Part shown: one piece after another, positions 8,773 to 18,543 of the stretch
Numbering within the stretch: position 1 is the stretch's first letter
How the letters are laid out: each line of letters starts with the position of its first letter
IMG/VR virus record: IMGVR_UViG_3300016478_000116
Coordinates: 1-28,455 of that record
DNA length: 28,455 bases
Direction: 5' to 3' (one strand)
Source: a virus
Taxonomy: Duplodnaviria; Caudoviricetes
Made by a program: the position numbers and the translations under genes
The notes under the pieces: generated by a model
What the model saw: only the letters and a program-made list of their open reading frames with translations
Told to the model about the DNA's origin: nothing
Databases searched by the model: none

Positions 8773-11700
8773 TTAGCTCCTGCCTTTGCTTCTAAGCCAG
8801 TTGTCCAGGGCGCCGTTGGGGCGCATCTGCTCCTGCAGGGTGGAGATCACCGCTGACTTAACGGCGCTGACCATGCCGTTCAGTTCCGAGCTGGACGGAG
8901 CACCGTCCGGCCCTCCGGAAGTTGTCACCTGGATCACCGGCGCGAGGGTCACGTTGTACTCCGTTCCCCCGCCACCCAGTTTTTTAGCCGTAGCCTCGCG
9001 CCCGGTAACGTGGGCCGGTCCTTGGACGATCTCTGGTCCGTACTCGCCCACAATACCGTATTGGCCATAGGGGATGACCCCGCCTTTGTCGTAGGCCCCG
9101 GCGTAGCTGCCTCCGCCGGTGTCGCCCTTGGCGCCCGACAGCTCCGCTACCGCAAGTGCACCCACAAGCCCCGCGTTCGCGTAACCCAGGGCCAGTATCT
9201 TCGCGGCCATAGCTGTACCGGCCACCGGACCAAGCTCTGCTTCCGCCCTGGCTGCGGCGAGGTGTGTGTACATAATGATCTGTGCCACAGCCAGCGCCTT
9301 CTGGGCCATGAAGGCAACCTTCTGGGCCGCGGTGGCGTCCTCGCCAGCGCTGGCAAACATGCCCAGCACGTTCTCAGCAGTGCTCAGCATCGACATGGTC
9401 ACCATGCTGTTCATCTGCTCCGCATACTCGGCGCGGGATTTGTCCAGGGCCTTGCTCTGATCGTTAAAGCTGGCCTTGGCAGCGGTCAGGGCAGTGGCTC
9501 TATCCTTCTCGATTTTTAGCAGGGCAGCGCTGTGGGCCTCTTCGGACAGGAGGGCCGCCTCTTTCCGGGCCTTATCGGCCTCCAGCTCGATGTTGAACTT
9601 GTCCAGATCATACCCACTGGACAGCTCGGCACCTCGCTTGTCGTACCAGCCCAGGCCCTGGGCACGCTCCATCTCCGTGCCCATCCAGTCAGTGAATGGG
9701 GAAGACGACGCTTCCCCTACGTCTAGGTTCGCCTCCGGGGCGCCGCTGAGTGCCTCCTCCTTGGCCTTGGACTTCATCGCAGAAGACAGGCGGCTGTACT
9801 CAGCCATCGATACCGCGCCTTCGTCCAGCAGGCGATTAAGCTCCGTGATGTCCTTCAGGGTGCTGGAGAACGGCGACTGGCCGTAGGAATCCCGGAGTGC
9901 TTCGAGGGACTGGTAGTTCCTGTCCTGCTCCAGAGTCAGTGCGTAGTGGGCCTTGGCCAGCTCGTCCAGCGCCTTGGCCTGGTTCTCCGCAGAGAGCTTG
10001 CCCTTGTCCATCAGGAGTTGCAGCTGCTCAGTTTTCTTCTTGGTGTCGTCCATTGAGACGCCAAGAGGATCAAAGCGCTGACGGAGCGATTCATAGGCCG
10101 ACTCGGCAGCCTTCAGAGCCTGCTCAGCTTCACGTGCGGCTTTCTCTGCTGCCTGCTCTGCTTCAGACTTGCCGCCCTTCGGCTTGTTCTTCTGCTCGAT
10201 GTTTGCCCACAGTTGCTTGATCTGTTGTAGCAGTTGCAGCTCCGCCTTCAGCCGCTCGGCTTCCAGCTCGTCGTAGGTGCCCTCGAAGCTGGTGCCTTTG
10301 AGCAGGTTGTATTCCGCTCGGAGAGCGACCACGTTTTCCAGGCGCACTTCCAGGTCGGCAAGCTGCTGCTCGTCGGTCATGTGGAACTGCGCCAGAGCAT
10401 CCCGGGCGTCTGCCAGGCGCGTGGCGTTGTCAGCTACCTCGCTGTAAAGCTCGGCCTCCTTTGCCAGAAGGTCGTTGCGCTCCTGATTCAGTCGGTTGTA
10501 ACTGTCCTGGCCGGGGCGACTGCTCGGGTCGCCATCCTTCAGGGCCTGCTCGTCCTGGGCTGCCAGTGCATCGATCTCTGCTTGAACTGCGGCCCGGCGA
10601 CGCTGCAGGGAGATCAGCTTCTCAGCTGCCGTCGCCTCTTTTTCCATCGCGGCGGTGGCAGCTGCTGACTGACTTGTCAGCAGATCCGCAGAGGCGACCT
10701 CCCTCAGCGTGACCATGCGCTCCTTGACCTTGTCGGCGGCGGCCTGGGTGCTGACCACCTGCTCCTTCGCCTGCTCCCATGCAGCCTTGAGCTTCTGTAC
10801 ATCTTCCCAGCTGGTGGTGAAGCTGCCGGCGTTGAACTCACCGAGTGCCTCCCTGTACGCCCTGGCCGCCTCCGCAGCCTTCGTGATCTTCTCCTCCTGC
10901 TGCTGAAGCAGGCTGAGCCGGTCGGCCTCGGTTGTCTTTAGGCGCTCGAGGGAGTCCTGGGCGTTCTTGATGTTATCGTTGTACTTGGCGAGCTGGCGGT
11001 CGATGTTGGCGTATTCGCTCTCCAACAGGTCCGTCGGCAGACCTTGCTTCTTGCCCTCCTCGATCAGGCCTGGCAGGCGGGACTTGCGCTGCTCGGTCTG
11101 CTCGATACTCTTTTTCTCGGACTCGATCTGGTCCTTCAGCGCGTCACGCTCCTTGGCCAGCGCGACGCCCATGATCGACTCTTTCAGCTTGTCGTAGCTG
11201 GCCTTGAGCTCGTCTACCTTCTCTTTCTGCGCCCTTGCGGCTTCCTCGGTGTCAGTGCCGAACACCGTGGCCAGCGCGGAGCCGATACCGTACAGAAGGC
11301 CGACCCAGCCCAGCGCCCGCATCAGTACGCTTGCGCCGACTGCTAGTTTGCTGAGCCATCCGGAGGCCACAGCTGCCGAGGTGGAGAACGCGCTGAGGGC
11401 CATCGCACTGCCGGATGCGAGGGTGGCCTGGGTTCTCATAGCTGCACTGGAGCCCGCGGTGTGCAGGACCAGCGACTGCATCGAAGCGCCTGTTGCAGCA
11501 GCCCTGGCACTCAAAATACTCAGCCCCTCGCCAAGGGACTTCGTGTCTGCAGCAAAGGCCGAGGCTACGTTACCGCTGGCGAACTTGAACGCCAGGATGC
11601 CGCCTACCATCTGGGCCAGCGCAACGGCCGTGCTTTCTGCGCGGGCGAGAATCAGGTCTAGCTGAGTGAGTGAGTCACCTTCCTTCAGCGGTACGGTCAG

Positions 11701-14280
11701 GTCGATCAGGCTTTTCGACAGGGTTGCGGCGCCCAGGCGCAGGCGGCCTTCCACGTTGTCGAACGCAGCCAGCTTCACTTCCTCGAACGAGGAGATGACC
11801 TCCTTCCAGTCGTACTTCAGGCCCTCGGATATCTTGTCCCGCATGCGCTCTGCGGCGCCGGCCACGTCGTCCAGACCGCGGCGCAGCTGTGCCAGGTTGT
11901 CTGCTTGGTCGACCAGGGCTGCGATCGGAGAGGTGGCGTACACGCCTACCAGGTCCTGGATGGCCGACAGGCGCTCAGCGCCAGAGACATCCTTCAGCTT
12001 GGTATTCAGTTGCCCGATGATGTCAACCAGGCCTCTGGTCTTGCCCTCGGCGTCCAGTACAGAGATGCTGTACTGAGCCATCATCTCCGAGGCCTTTTTG
12101 GTGGGGTTCAGGATGCTGACGAAGAGTCGGCGCAGCGCCGTACCGGATCGGGATGCCTTGATACCGGAGTTGGCCAGGGCCTCGATCGCGGCCACGGTAT
12201 CCCTCATCGATACGCCGGCGGTATGCGCCGCAGGACCTGCGTAGGTCAGGGCGTTGGCCAGCTGCTCGATGTTGGTGTTGGAGCTGGTGACCGCAGTGGC
12301 CATGATGTCTACGACTTCGCCCAGGTCCTTGGCCTGCATGCCGAAGGTCATCATCACGTTGGTGGCGATGTCGGCGGACTGGGCCATGCTGATGCCGCCG
12401 ATGGTGGCCATGTCCAGGGCCGGGCGAAGGGCGACGATTGCGTCAGAGGCGGACAGGCCCGCCATCCCCAGCTCGGTAAGACCGCTAGCAACCTCGGAAG
12501 CCGTATAGATGGTGCTCTGCCCCAGGGCACGAACCTGCTGCTCCATCGCAGCCATTGCGCCGGTGTCTTGCATCCAGAACGGCTGGTTGCCGCTCATAAT
12601 GGCGTTGCTACGTGCTATCGACGCGGTGAACTCAGCGCCGACCGTTACGGCGCTCCTCAGAGCACTGGCAATAGCATAGGTGGCCGAAGCCGCCAGAATA
12701 GTAGAGCTGGTGTACATCCCAATGCTGGTGTGCAGGCCAGCCAAGCCGGCGCGAAGCATAGCGGCAGACTGCCCGCCCATCGACATCGATGCGTTGGCAG
12801 CTCTCTGCGCTGAAGCGAATCCGAGCAGCTCTGCAGTGGTCATGGACAGCATGCGGTTGTACCGCTGCTGTTCTACGATCTGCGCCCTTACGCTCGCCAG
12901 CTCCCTCCCGTAACCGCTGCTGAGGAGGTCCTTCTGTGCCTTGAGGCGGGTCAGCTTCTCGATCTCGCGCTCTCTGGCTCGGCTCAGCTCAAGCTGGGCC
13001 TTGCTCATGCCGTGGGTCTTTCTGGCCTCGTCCATCAGCGCGTCTGAGTGCCGCTTGTTAGCGGCCACCAGCGCCTCGGTCTTGGCCAGCGCCTCGGCCT
13101 CTTCCTTGGTCATACGCTGCTGGCTTCTCGCCTGCTCCAGGGTGGCGCGGTTCTTGGCCTCCAGGGTCGCCTTGTGACGTTCATCCGCTACGATCAGACG
13201 GGCTGCGGACTTCGTCAGCTCCTCCGCCACTGCTATCGATTGCTGGTCTTCAACAATAGCTCGGCGCCGCGCCGCAATGCGGGCGTTGAGCTTGGCAATC
13301 TGCTCCTGCTCGCCGCCGTTCAGGCTGGCCAGCGTTCGCGTCAACTCCTCGATCTTCACCCGCTCGCGGGTAAGCTCGGTGATCTCCTTCTCGCGGGCCT
13401 GGTTCAGGATCTTGAGCTGGGCCGCCTGCTCTGCCAGCCCGCCGTTCAGGCTATCGTGCCGACGACGCAGCTCGTCCACCTGGTTCTGCTCGCGCTGGCG
13501 GAACGTGGCGGCGGCAGCCAGCCCTTGGTTCATGGTCTGCTGCAGGGCTATTTGAGATTGAATACCACCATCGAGGCCTTGATAGGCTCGGCGCAGCTCA
13601 CCCAGCTTTGCGTTAAGTCTGGTAGATTCAGTGAGTTCGTTCTTCGCGGCTGTCAGCTTGGCCCGGCGGACTACCATCCCCTGTGCCAGCGCTGTGTTCA
13701 ACTCAGCCTCGGAAGCCCGCAGCTTCAGGTTCTCGGCCTGTTGCCGGATGTCAGCAGTGACGATGAACCGCTTGGTTGCCAGGCTAGTCTTGAGGACCTC
13801 GTTATGCTTGCCCTCAGCGGTGTCTAGGGACTTCAACGAGGCTTCGAGGAACTTGTTCTGCCCAACCAACTCGTTGGTCAGGTTCCTTGTCTTTTCGGCC
13901 CACTTGATAAACGACGACTTGGCGGAGGAGTCGCCAAGCAGACGCTCAACTTCCTTCAGCTTGCCTGCGTAGGCGTCGGCCTGCACGGTCAGCTTCAGGT
14001 TCTGTGCAGCCAGGTTGGCCAGCGTCCCGGCGACACTGCGACGGGCGCTATCCGTGACCTTGCCCATCTCCTCCGACGCGGCGCCGGCGGCCTTGAGCTT
14101 CCTCTCCAGGGTGTCGAACTGGTCCGCAACATCCTTCATCAGGCGTTTGGCGGCGGTCGCCGGCTTCCCTGACTTCTTCTCCATGTTGTCCAGGGCGTGG
14201 CCCATGTTATTCATGCGCAGCTGGAACTCGGCCAGCTGCCGGAGAGCTTCAGAGAAATCTACGTCGAACCTAGTGCTCAT
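8773..14280 (-). CDS. Tape measure protein
   Basis: 1835-aa Ala/Leu/Glu-rich helical protein with a TP901-type core (ALGQSTIYTASEVASGLTELGMAG...SNTNIEQLANALTYAGP...GIKASRSGTALR) and C-terminal YDKGGVIP...IVGEYGPEIV. Lies between the chaperones and gpM. Confidence 0.95.
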   Translation of the reverse strand: MSTRFDVDFSEALRQLAEFQLRMNNMGHALDNMEKKSGKPATAAKRLMKDVADQFDTLERKLKAAGAASEEMGKVTDSARRSVAGTLANLAAQNLKLTVQADAYAGKLKEVERLLGDSSAKSSFIKWAEKTRNLTNELVGQNKFLEASLKSLDTAEGKHNEVLKTSLATKRFIVTADIRQQAENLKLRASEAELNTALAQGMVVRRAKLTAAKNELTESTRLNAKLGELRRAYQGLDGGIQSQIALQQTMNQGLAAAATFRQREQNQVDELRRRHDSLNGGLAEQAAQLKILNQAREKEITELTRERVKIEELTRTLASLNGGEQEQIAKLNARIAARRRAIVEDQQSIAVAEELTKSAARLIVADERHKATLEAKNRATLEQARSQQRMTKEEAEALAKTEALVAANKRHSDALMDEARKTHGMSKAQLELSRAREREIEKLTRLKAQKDLLSSGYGRELASVRAQIVEQQRYNRMLSMTTAELLGFASAQRAANASMSMGGQSAAMLRAGLAGLHTSIGMYTSSTILAASATYAIASALRSAVTVGAEFTASIARSNAIMSGNQPFWMQDTGAMAAMEQQVRALGQSTIYTASEVASGLTELGMAGLSASDAIVALRPALDMATIGGISMAQSADIATNVMMTFGMQAKDLGEVVDIMATAVTSSNTNIEQLANALTYAGPAAHTAGVSMRDTVAAIEALANSGIKASRSGTALRRLFVSILNPTKKASEMMAQYSISVLDAEGKTRGLVDIIGQLNTKLKDVSGAERLSAIQDLVGVYATSPIAALVDQADNLAQLRRGLDDVAGAAERMRDKISEGLKYDWKEVISSFEEVKLAAFDNVEGRLRLGAATLSKSLIDLTVPLKEGDSLTQLDLILARAESTAVALAQMVGGILAFKFASGNVASAFAADTKSLGEGLSILSARAAATGASMQSLVLHTAGSSAAMRTQATLASGSAMALSAFSTSAAVASGWLSKLAVGASVLMRALGWVGLLYGIGSALATVFGTDTEEAARAQKEKVDELKASYDKLKESIMGVALAKERDALKDQIESEKKSIEQTEQRKSRLPGLIEEGKKQGLPTDLLESEYANIDRQLAKYNDNIKNAQDSLERLKTTEADRLSLLQQQEEKITKAAEAARAYREALGEFNAGSFTTSWEDVQKLKAAWEQAKEQVVSTQAAADKVKERMVTLREVASADLLTSQSAAATAAMEKEATAAEKLISLQRRRAAVQAEIDALAAQDEQALKDGDPSSRPGQDSYNRLNQERNDLLAKEAELYSEVADNATRLADARDALAQFHMTDEQQLADLEVRLENVVALRAEYNLLKGTSFEGTYDELEAERLKAELQLLQQIKQLWANIEQKNKPKGGKSEAEQAAEKAAREAEQALKAAESAYESLRQRFDPLGVSMDDTKKKTEQLQLLMDKGKLSAENQAKALDELAKAHYALTLEQDRNYQSLEALRDSYGQSPFSSTLKDITELNRLLDEGAVSMAEYSRLSSAMKSKAKEEALSGAPEANLDVGEASSSPFTDWMGTEMERAQGLGWYDKRGAELSSGYDLDKFNIELEADKARKEAALLSEEAHSAALLKIEKDRATALTAAKASFNDQSKALDKSRAEYAEQMNSMVTMSMLSTAENVLGMFASAGEDATAAQKVAFMAQKALAVAQIIMYTHLAAARAEAELGPVAGTAMAAKILALGYANAGLVGALAVAELSGAKGDTGGGSYAGAYDKGGVIPYGQYGIVGEYGPEIVQGPAHVTGREATAKKLGGGGTEYNVTLAPVIQVTTSGGPDGAPSSSELNGMVSAVKSAVISTLQEQMRPNGALDNWLRSKGRS

Positions 14281-14283
14281 TGG

Positions 14284-14670
14284 TCACCTGCGGGTTTTGC
14301 GGGAGGTCTTACGCTGCGCGGCGGCCTTCTCGGCTTCCTCGCGGGACTTCGTGTAGTGGTCGTAGAGGACTGCGTTGTCGGTCTCCTCTATGGCCCTGTA
14401 GAAGAGGGGCAGAAGGTCTTGCGGCAGTCGGAGAATGAGCTTGGCGAAGTCAGCCATGTCTCCGAACTTAATGGGCTGATACCCGCCCTCGTAAAGCTGC
14501 CGCCTCCTGTGCAGGCGAAAGAAGGAGTCGACCAGCCAACTAAACTGAGGGGGCGGCTCCTTGAAGCCCTCGAGAGCCGGGTGTGGTTTCCCGAATTTGC
14601 TCTCGAGTTCTCGCATCGCCCGGAGCCCTTTGGCTCCGTGCGTTATCAGGAGACGGCAGAATCCTTTACC
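14284..14670 (-). CDS. Tail assembly chaperone C-terminal extension (gpT-like), probably reached by a -1 frameshift
   Basis: Lies between the chaperone and the TMP in the -1 frame, and stays open back across the chaperone stop. Motif SWLVDSFFRLHRRRQLYEGGYQPI. First ATG is at 14616. Confidence 0.8.
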   Translation of the reverse strand, partial: GKGFCRLLITHGAKGLRAMRELESKFGKPHPALEGFKEPPPQFSWLVDSFFRLHRRRQLYEGGYQPIKFGDMADFAKLILRLPQDLLPLFYRAIEETDNAVLYDHYTKSREEAEKAAAQRKTSRKTRR

Positions 14671-15068
14671 GAGTCGGCCACTTCTTCCTCGGCCTTCTCT
14701 CGGTAGTTGCTGCGGTTCAGGGAGAAGTTCTCGATGAACTGCTGCAGGTCGCGGAATCGCGGGTCAGTCAGGTACTTCAGGCCCAGTTCTGGGGTGTACT
14801 CAAGCGGCTCGCCGGCCTTGGATACACCTTCCCAGTTCAGCAGGATGTGGTTGGCGATCACCTGGGCGGAGATGTCAGCGGCAACCTTCTCAGCTTCCTC
14901 GCCACCGCCGGACAGGGTGTCCCAGTTCTGCAGGGCCAGCTTCGAGCGCAGGAACGAGCCTGCTTCATTGTTGTGGCGAGCGATCAGGAATCGCGCACCC
15001 ATGAAATTTGCCCACACTCCACCTTCTGCGGCTGCGGGGTCTACGGCTAGAGAATCGATGTCAAGCAT
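14646..15068 (-). CDS. Tail assembly chaperone (gpG-like)
   Basis: 140 aa; EGGVWA...FLIAR...ILLNWEGV...EYTPELG; directly after the tail tube gene. Confidence 0.85.
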   Translation of the reverse strand: MLDIDSLAVDPAAAEGGVWANFMGARFLIARHNNEAGSFLRSKLALQNWDTLSGGGEEAEKVAADISAQVIANHILLNWEGVSKAGEPLEYTPELGLKYLTDPRFRDLQQFIENFSLNRSNYREKAEEEVADSVKDSAVS

Positions 15069-15084
15069 GGAGAATCCTTTGATA

Positions 15085-15110
15085 AGTGGCGCCCTTTTAT
15101 GGGCGCCACT
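15085..15110 (-). terminator. Stem-loop after the tail tube gene (terminator-like or mRNA-stabilising)
   Basis: Perfect 10-bp stem AGTGGCGCCC-TTTTAT-GGGCGCCACT; U-tract is weak. Confidence 0.55.
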
Positions 15111-15149
15111 GTATCAGACCTGTATTTACAGTTCTACAGGTCACAGCAA

Positions 15150-16184
15150 CTACGGTTTCTGCACGTAAGTGATGCAGATGACGCAGTCGTGGTTGGCGCC
15201 GCCCACGGTAACCTGGCCCTTCTCAGCCACGAGGGTGAGCTGGGTCTTGTAGTCCTGGTTCTCGCCGTCGGCGCTGTTGGTCGGCGACTGGGCCATCAGG
15301 TTCGGCAACTTGATGGTGAAAATGCCCTCGGCCGTTTCCAGCTGCATCTCTGCGCTGAGGCGCTTGTTCTGCATGTGGGCAGCGAGGACAGTCTGGTCGT
15401 AGAAGTAGATCTCACCCGAAAGGGTTACACCTACACGGCCGAAGCCAACGCCAGCCGCGAACTCACTGCCCAGACCCGGCTGCTCGCGGGCGTTGTTCTG
15501 GATCTGCAGGGAGGCGTCTGAGAAGGTCATCGGCAGGGCGACAGCGTTCTCGTCCTTGACCACCAGGCTCTTCAGGTTGTTCGAGGAGTCGGCGATCTCG
15601 TAGTCGGCCGGAGCCAGCTTGGCGCGGGCGATACTGCCGCCAAGGCCGTTAGCACCCGCTACCGCGTTCGCGTAGTCAGCGAACATCGAGATGGTGTTCA
15701 GGGCCATGGTGATCAGCTCACCGTCACCGAACTCCATAGACATGTCGTTGACCAGAGTGCCGTAGTAGCGCTCGTGGTAGAGCTTGTCGGTCGTGGCCGG
15801 GCCGGACTTGGAGGTCTTCTCGACCGCCATGAACTTCTTGATCTCGCCGTCGATCAGGTACGTGCCCTTGGTCGGATCCAGGTCATCGACCAGGGCCCAG
15901 TCGTTCATCAGGGCCATGGACAGCATGTCCAAGACGAACGGAGCAGCGCCGAACTCGATGGTAGCGGCGCCGGAGGCACTGCCCTTCGTGTTCTTCGAGC
16001 CGGTCGGCCGACGGTCACTGGTGATGGCAGTGGAGGTCTTCGGCTCCTTGCTCATTTGGAAGCCTTCCGTGGTGTACGGAAGATAGTTGAAGTCGACTGC
16101 GGAGAAGTCCGCAGCGGCGGTGCCGTCGCCGATGGCATACGCCAGCGACACGGAGGATGTATCAGCAAAGCTGCGAACAGTCAT
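15150..16184 (-). CDS. Major tail tube protein
   Basis: 344-aa beta-rich protein with highly biased codons; TSTAITSDRR and LSGEIYF motifs; sits before the chaperones and TMP. Confidence 0.87.
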   Translation of the reverse strand: MTVRSFADTSSVSLAYAIGDGTAAADFSAVDFNYLPYTTEGFQMSKEPKTSTAITSDRRPTGSKNTKGSASGAATIEFGAAPFVLDMLSMALMNDWALVDDLDPTKGTYLIDGEIKKFMAVEKTSKSGPATTDKLYHERYYGTLVNDMSMEFGDGELITMALNTISMFADYANAVAGANGLGGSIARAKLAPADYEIADSSNNLKSLVVKDENAVALPMTFSDASLQIQNNAREQPGLGSEFAAGVGFGRVGVTLSGEIYFYDQTVLAAHMQNKRLSAEMQLETAEGIFTIKLPNLMAQSPTNSADGENQDYKTQLTLVAEKGQVTVGGANHDCVICITYVQKP

Positions 16185-16195
16185 GCAGGGCTACC

Positions 16196-16633
16196 TCATT
16201 GTTGGATTTCAAAGTCACAATTCATCACGCCAGAGTAGGCCGTGAACCCCTGAATCTTCGCCGCCCGTACAGGCAGGAAAGACCGGAAACGGATGCCCTG
16301 GATGGTCTGGTTCTCGAACCAGGCCGCCACGGCCTCCAGGGATGCTAGAGACGGAACAGCGTTGCTGCCCGCCTTGGTGCACAAGGTGATCGAGAGGGAC
16401 CCGCTACAGCGCTTCGGGGAGGTCATCCCTGGGCCTGCTCGGCCAATATCCTCAACGTCGATCTCAAACAGCCAGAAGTCTTCGTTCTGCTCGAACAACT
16501 CCCCGGCCTGCAGGTCTCCTACGTCGACCGCATCCACGATGTCGAAGGCGAACCGTGTGCCAGGGGCGGCCAGAGAGAAGACGTGGTCTCGCATGCGAGT
16601 GTGCAGGTCCACCAGGCTGGTCAGCATGGTCAT
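16196..16633 (-). CDS. Putative tail terminator
   Basis: 145 aa, immediately before the tail tube gene; call is by synteny. Confidence 0.6.
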   Translation of the reverse strand: MTMLTSLVDLHTRMRDHVFSLAAPGTRFAFDIVDAVDVGDLQAGELFEQNEDFWLFEIDVEDIGRAGPGMTSPKRCSGSLSITLCTKAGSNAVPSLASLEAVAAWFENQTIQGIRFRSFLPVRAAKIQGFTAYSGVMNCDFEIQQ

Positions 16634-17202
16634 CGGGACTTCCTCACATTGCCGGCGAGCACGTTCCGCTGGAACGCCAGCCCGACCGCCTCAACGGCGG
16701 ACTCACCGGCTTCCTGGATCTTCGCCCGCTCCTTGTACAGGTCCATGTCCTCAATCTCACTGTCCTCAGACTGCATGCCTTCGGCCAGCGGATGGTAGAA
16801 GTAGAACTTGGCCTCCGGGTGGCGCCCCTGCACCAGACGCTGGATGACATCCTTCAGCTCTCGCTCCCTCACAAAACGGACAGTGGCGGCGAAGTTCTTA
16901 CCGTTGTCACGGCGGTATCCGACAGGTGCTACCGGTGCACGCGGTGGCTCCTCCCCTCTGGCGCCGCGGGTACCGCGGAAATCGTTGATCTTGCCGGTCT
17001 TCCTCAGCCATGGGCGGCTCTTGTTGCCGTTGTCTGCCGCCACCATCCAGTGGGCTGCTGCGTTGGAGGAGTCGTGCCGGGTGGCGCGGACAGCTGTCAC
17101 CAGGCCAGCCACCAGGGCGGCCCGGATACTGCGGTTAAACAGGGCGCTGATGTCCAGCACAGTGGCGTTTGCCTGGTCAGAGAACTTGCCCATCAGTAAC
17201 AC
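16630..17202 (-). CDS. Putative neck / tail completion protein (HK97 gp10-like position)
   Basis: Basic 190-aa protein with TRHDSSNAAAHW, resembling the TP.DTG....SW motif; synteny. True start may be the ATG at 17193. Confidence 0.55.
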   Translation of the reverse strand: MLLMGKFSDQANATVLDISALFNRSIRAALVAGLVTAVRATRHDSSNAAAHWMVAADNGNKSRPWLRKTGKINDFRGTRGARGEEPPRAPVAPVGYRRDNGKNFAATVRFVRERELKDVIQRLVQGRHPEAKFYFYHPLAEGMQSEDSEIEDMDLYKERAKIQEAGESAVEAVGLAFQRNVLAGNVRKSR

Positions 17203-18098
17203 CTCAGCAGGTACTGGCGTTCGCCAGGCTGGGTGCTGACGTGCTTGACCAAGCGACGACGGCCGCCGATCTCCACTTCACAGTTGCCGGCGTCAGGGCG
17301 GAATCCGATGTGGCGCTCGTCGATGACCAGGTCCACGTACGACTCAGACTCGTCAGTCCACGAGGCGAAGCTGTGGTTCTTGGTGATCACCCCGGTGACG
17401 TTGAACGCCTGCTCCGGGTTCGAGTAGCTGTGGGTGGCCTTGTCGTAGACCCTGGCGCCCTTGGCGTAGATGACGAAGTCGATACGGGTGTCCGGCTCTT
17501 GATCAACTCGCATCGCAGTGAACCCGCTGTCTGGATAGACGTCGACAACCCGGTAGCTCTTGCCGTGCAGCTCAAGGCGGTCGCCCTGCTCTGCCTCTAC
17601 TGTTCGGGGCATGAACGCAAAGAAGTTACCTGTCTTCAGGTCATAGGCGTCGGCTTCGGTGGAGCTGCTGCGGAACTCCAGGTCGGCGTAGGCAGTGGCC
17701 ACCACGCCGTCCACCAGCCAGCCCGGATCGTTGGCGGGGCCTGCAGGTGCTTTGCGGTACAAAGTGGCCATGCCAGCACTTCCACCCGGGGTGTCGGTTA
17801 CCAGGTGGCAAACGGTCAAAGACACGTAGGGGTTGCCGCCTCTGGCGTCCGTACGGGTCTGGCCGATCAGGTAGACATCGTGTGTACCAGGGTGTCTGAA
17901 CGTGAGACTGCCAGGGAACACTACATCGTGCCGGGTGAACATCATCCGGCGCCTCAGCGGCTTGTTGAAGTTGCTGAGGAATCGGTCGGCAATCTCGATC
18001 CGACCGACAAATGAATTGGGTACGAACGCCTGGGTGGGCTGGTCCCAGCCCTCCATGCGCTCGTTGATGCGGTGAGCCGCGATATTACGCAGGTTCAC
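17193..18098 (-). CDS. Putative head closure / head-tail joining protein
   Basis: 301 aa in the neck cluster; GDRLELHGKSYRVVDV resembles stopper-family beta strands. Confidence 0.55.
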   Translation of the reverse strand: MNLRNIAAHRINERMEGWDQPTQAFVPNSFVGRIEIADRFLSNFNKPLRRRMMFTRHDVVFPGSLTFRHPGTHDVYLIGQTRTDARGGNPYVSLTVCHLVTDTPGGSAGMATLYRKAPAGPANDPGWLVDGVVATAYADLEFRSSSTEADAYDLKTGNFFAFMPRTVEAEQGDRLELHGKSYRVVDVYPDSGFTAMRVDQEPDTRIDFVIYAKGARVYDKATHSYSNPEQAFNVTGVITKNHSFASWTDESESYVDLVIDERHIGFRPDAGNCEVEIGGRRRLVKHVSTQPGERQYLLRCY

Positions 18099-18543
18099 TG
18101 CGAGCCTCCGTCACCGGGTCCCTGCCAGGGGTCACTCGGGAGGCGAACGTCATGCCCTCTACCTCTACGGACTGGCCAACCAGGGCCAGTAGCTTGCCCT
18201 TGTAGAGTTCCGCTTTTGCTCGCAGTTCTCCTGCCAGCCAGCGGAACCCCTCTGAGCTTGCTCGCTGCCCCTCGTTGGAGCCGTCTGTCTGCTTCGTCAA
18301 GACGAAGACCGGTGCCGTTGCGGCCACGGTCGCAGCACAGAAATACTTCGCATAGAGGCGAAGCAGGCGGGCCTGCTGGTCGTCAGTGATCGATTCCCAA
18401 CCTGTCAGCCAGCTGTCAAGGTTCTCGCCGAGGTCATCGGCGAGCCCGTAGGCTTGCAGTGTTTCGTCAGGCAGATCCGACTCGGAGACCGTCAGGACTC
18501 CTCGGATCTGTGTCGGAACGACCAGGTCAGCAATCAGCATCAC
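18085..18543 (-). CDS. Putative head-tail adaptor
   Basis: 152-aa helical protein (QIRGVLTVSESDLPDETL) two genes after the capsid gene; synteny. Confidence 0.6.
   Translation of the reverse strand: MMLIADLVVPTQIRGVLTVSESDLPDETLQAYGLADDLGENLDSWLTGWESITDDQQARLLRLYAKYFCAATVAATAPVFVLTKQTDGSNEGQRASSEGFRWLAGELRAKAELYKGKLLALVGQSVEVEGMTFASRVTPGRDPVTEARSEPA

Noticed and set aside
15120-15131. CTGT...ACAG palindrome as a LexA SOS box
   Set aside because: The gammaproteobacterial LexA box is CTGT-N8-ACAG; the spacer here is only 4 nt in every copy.
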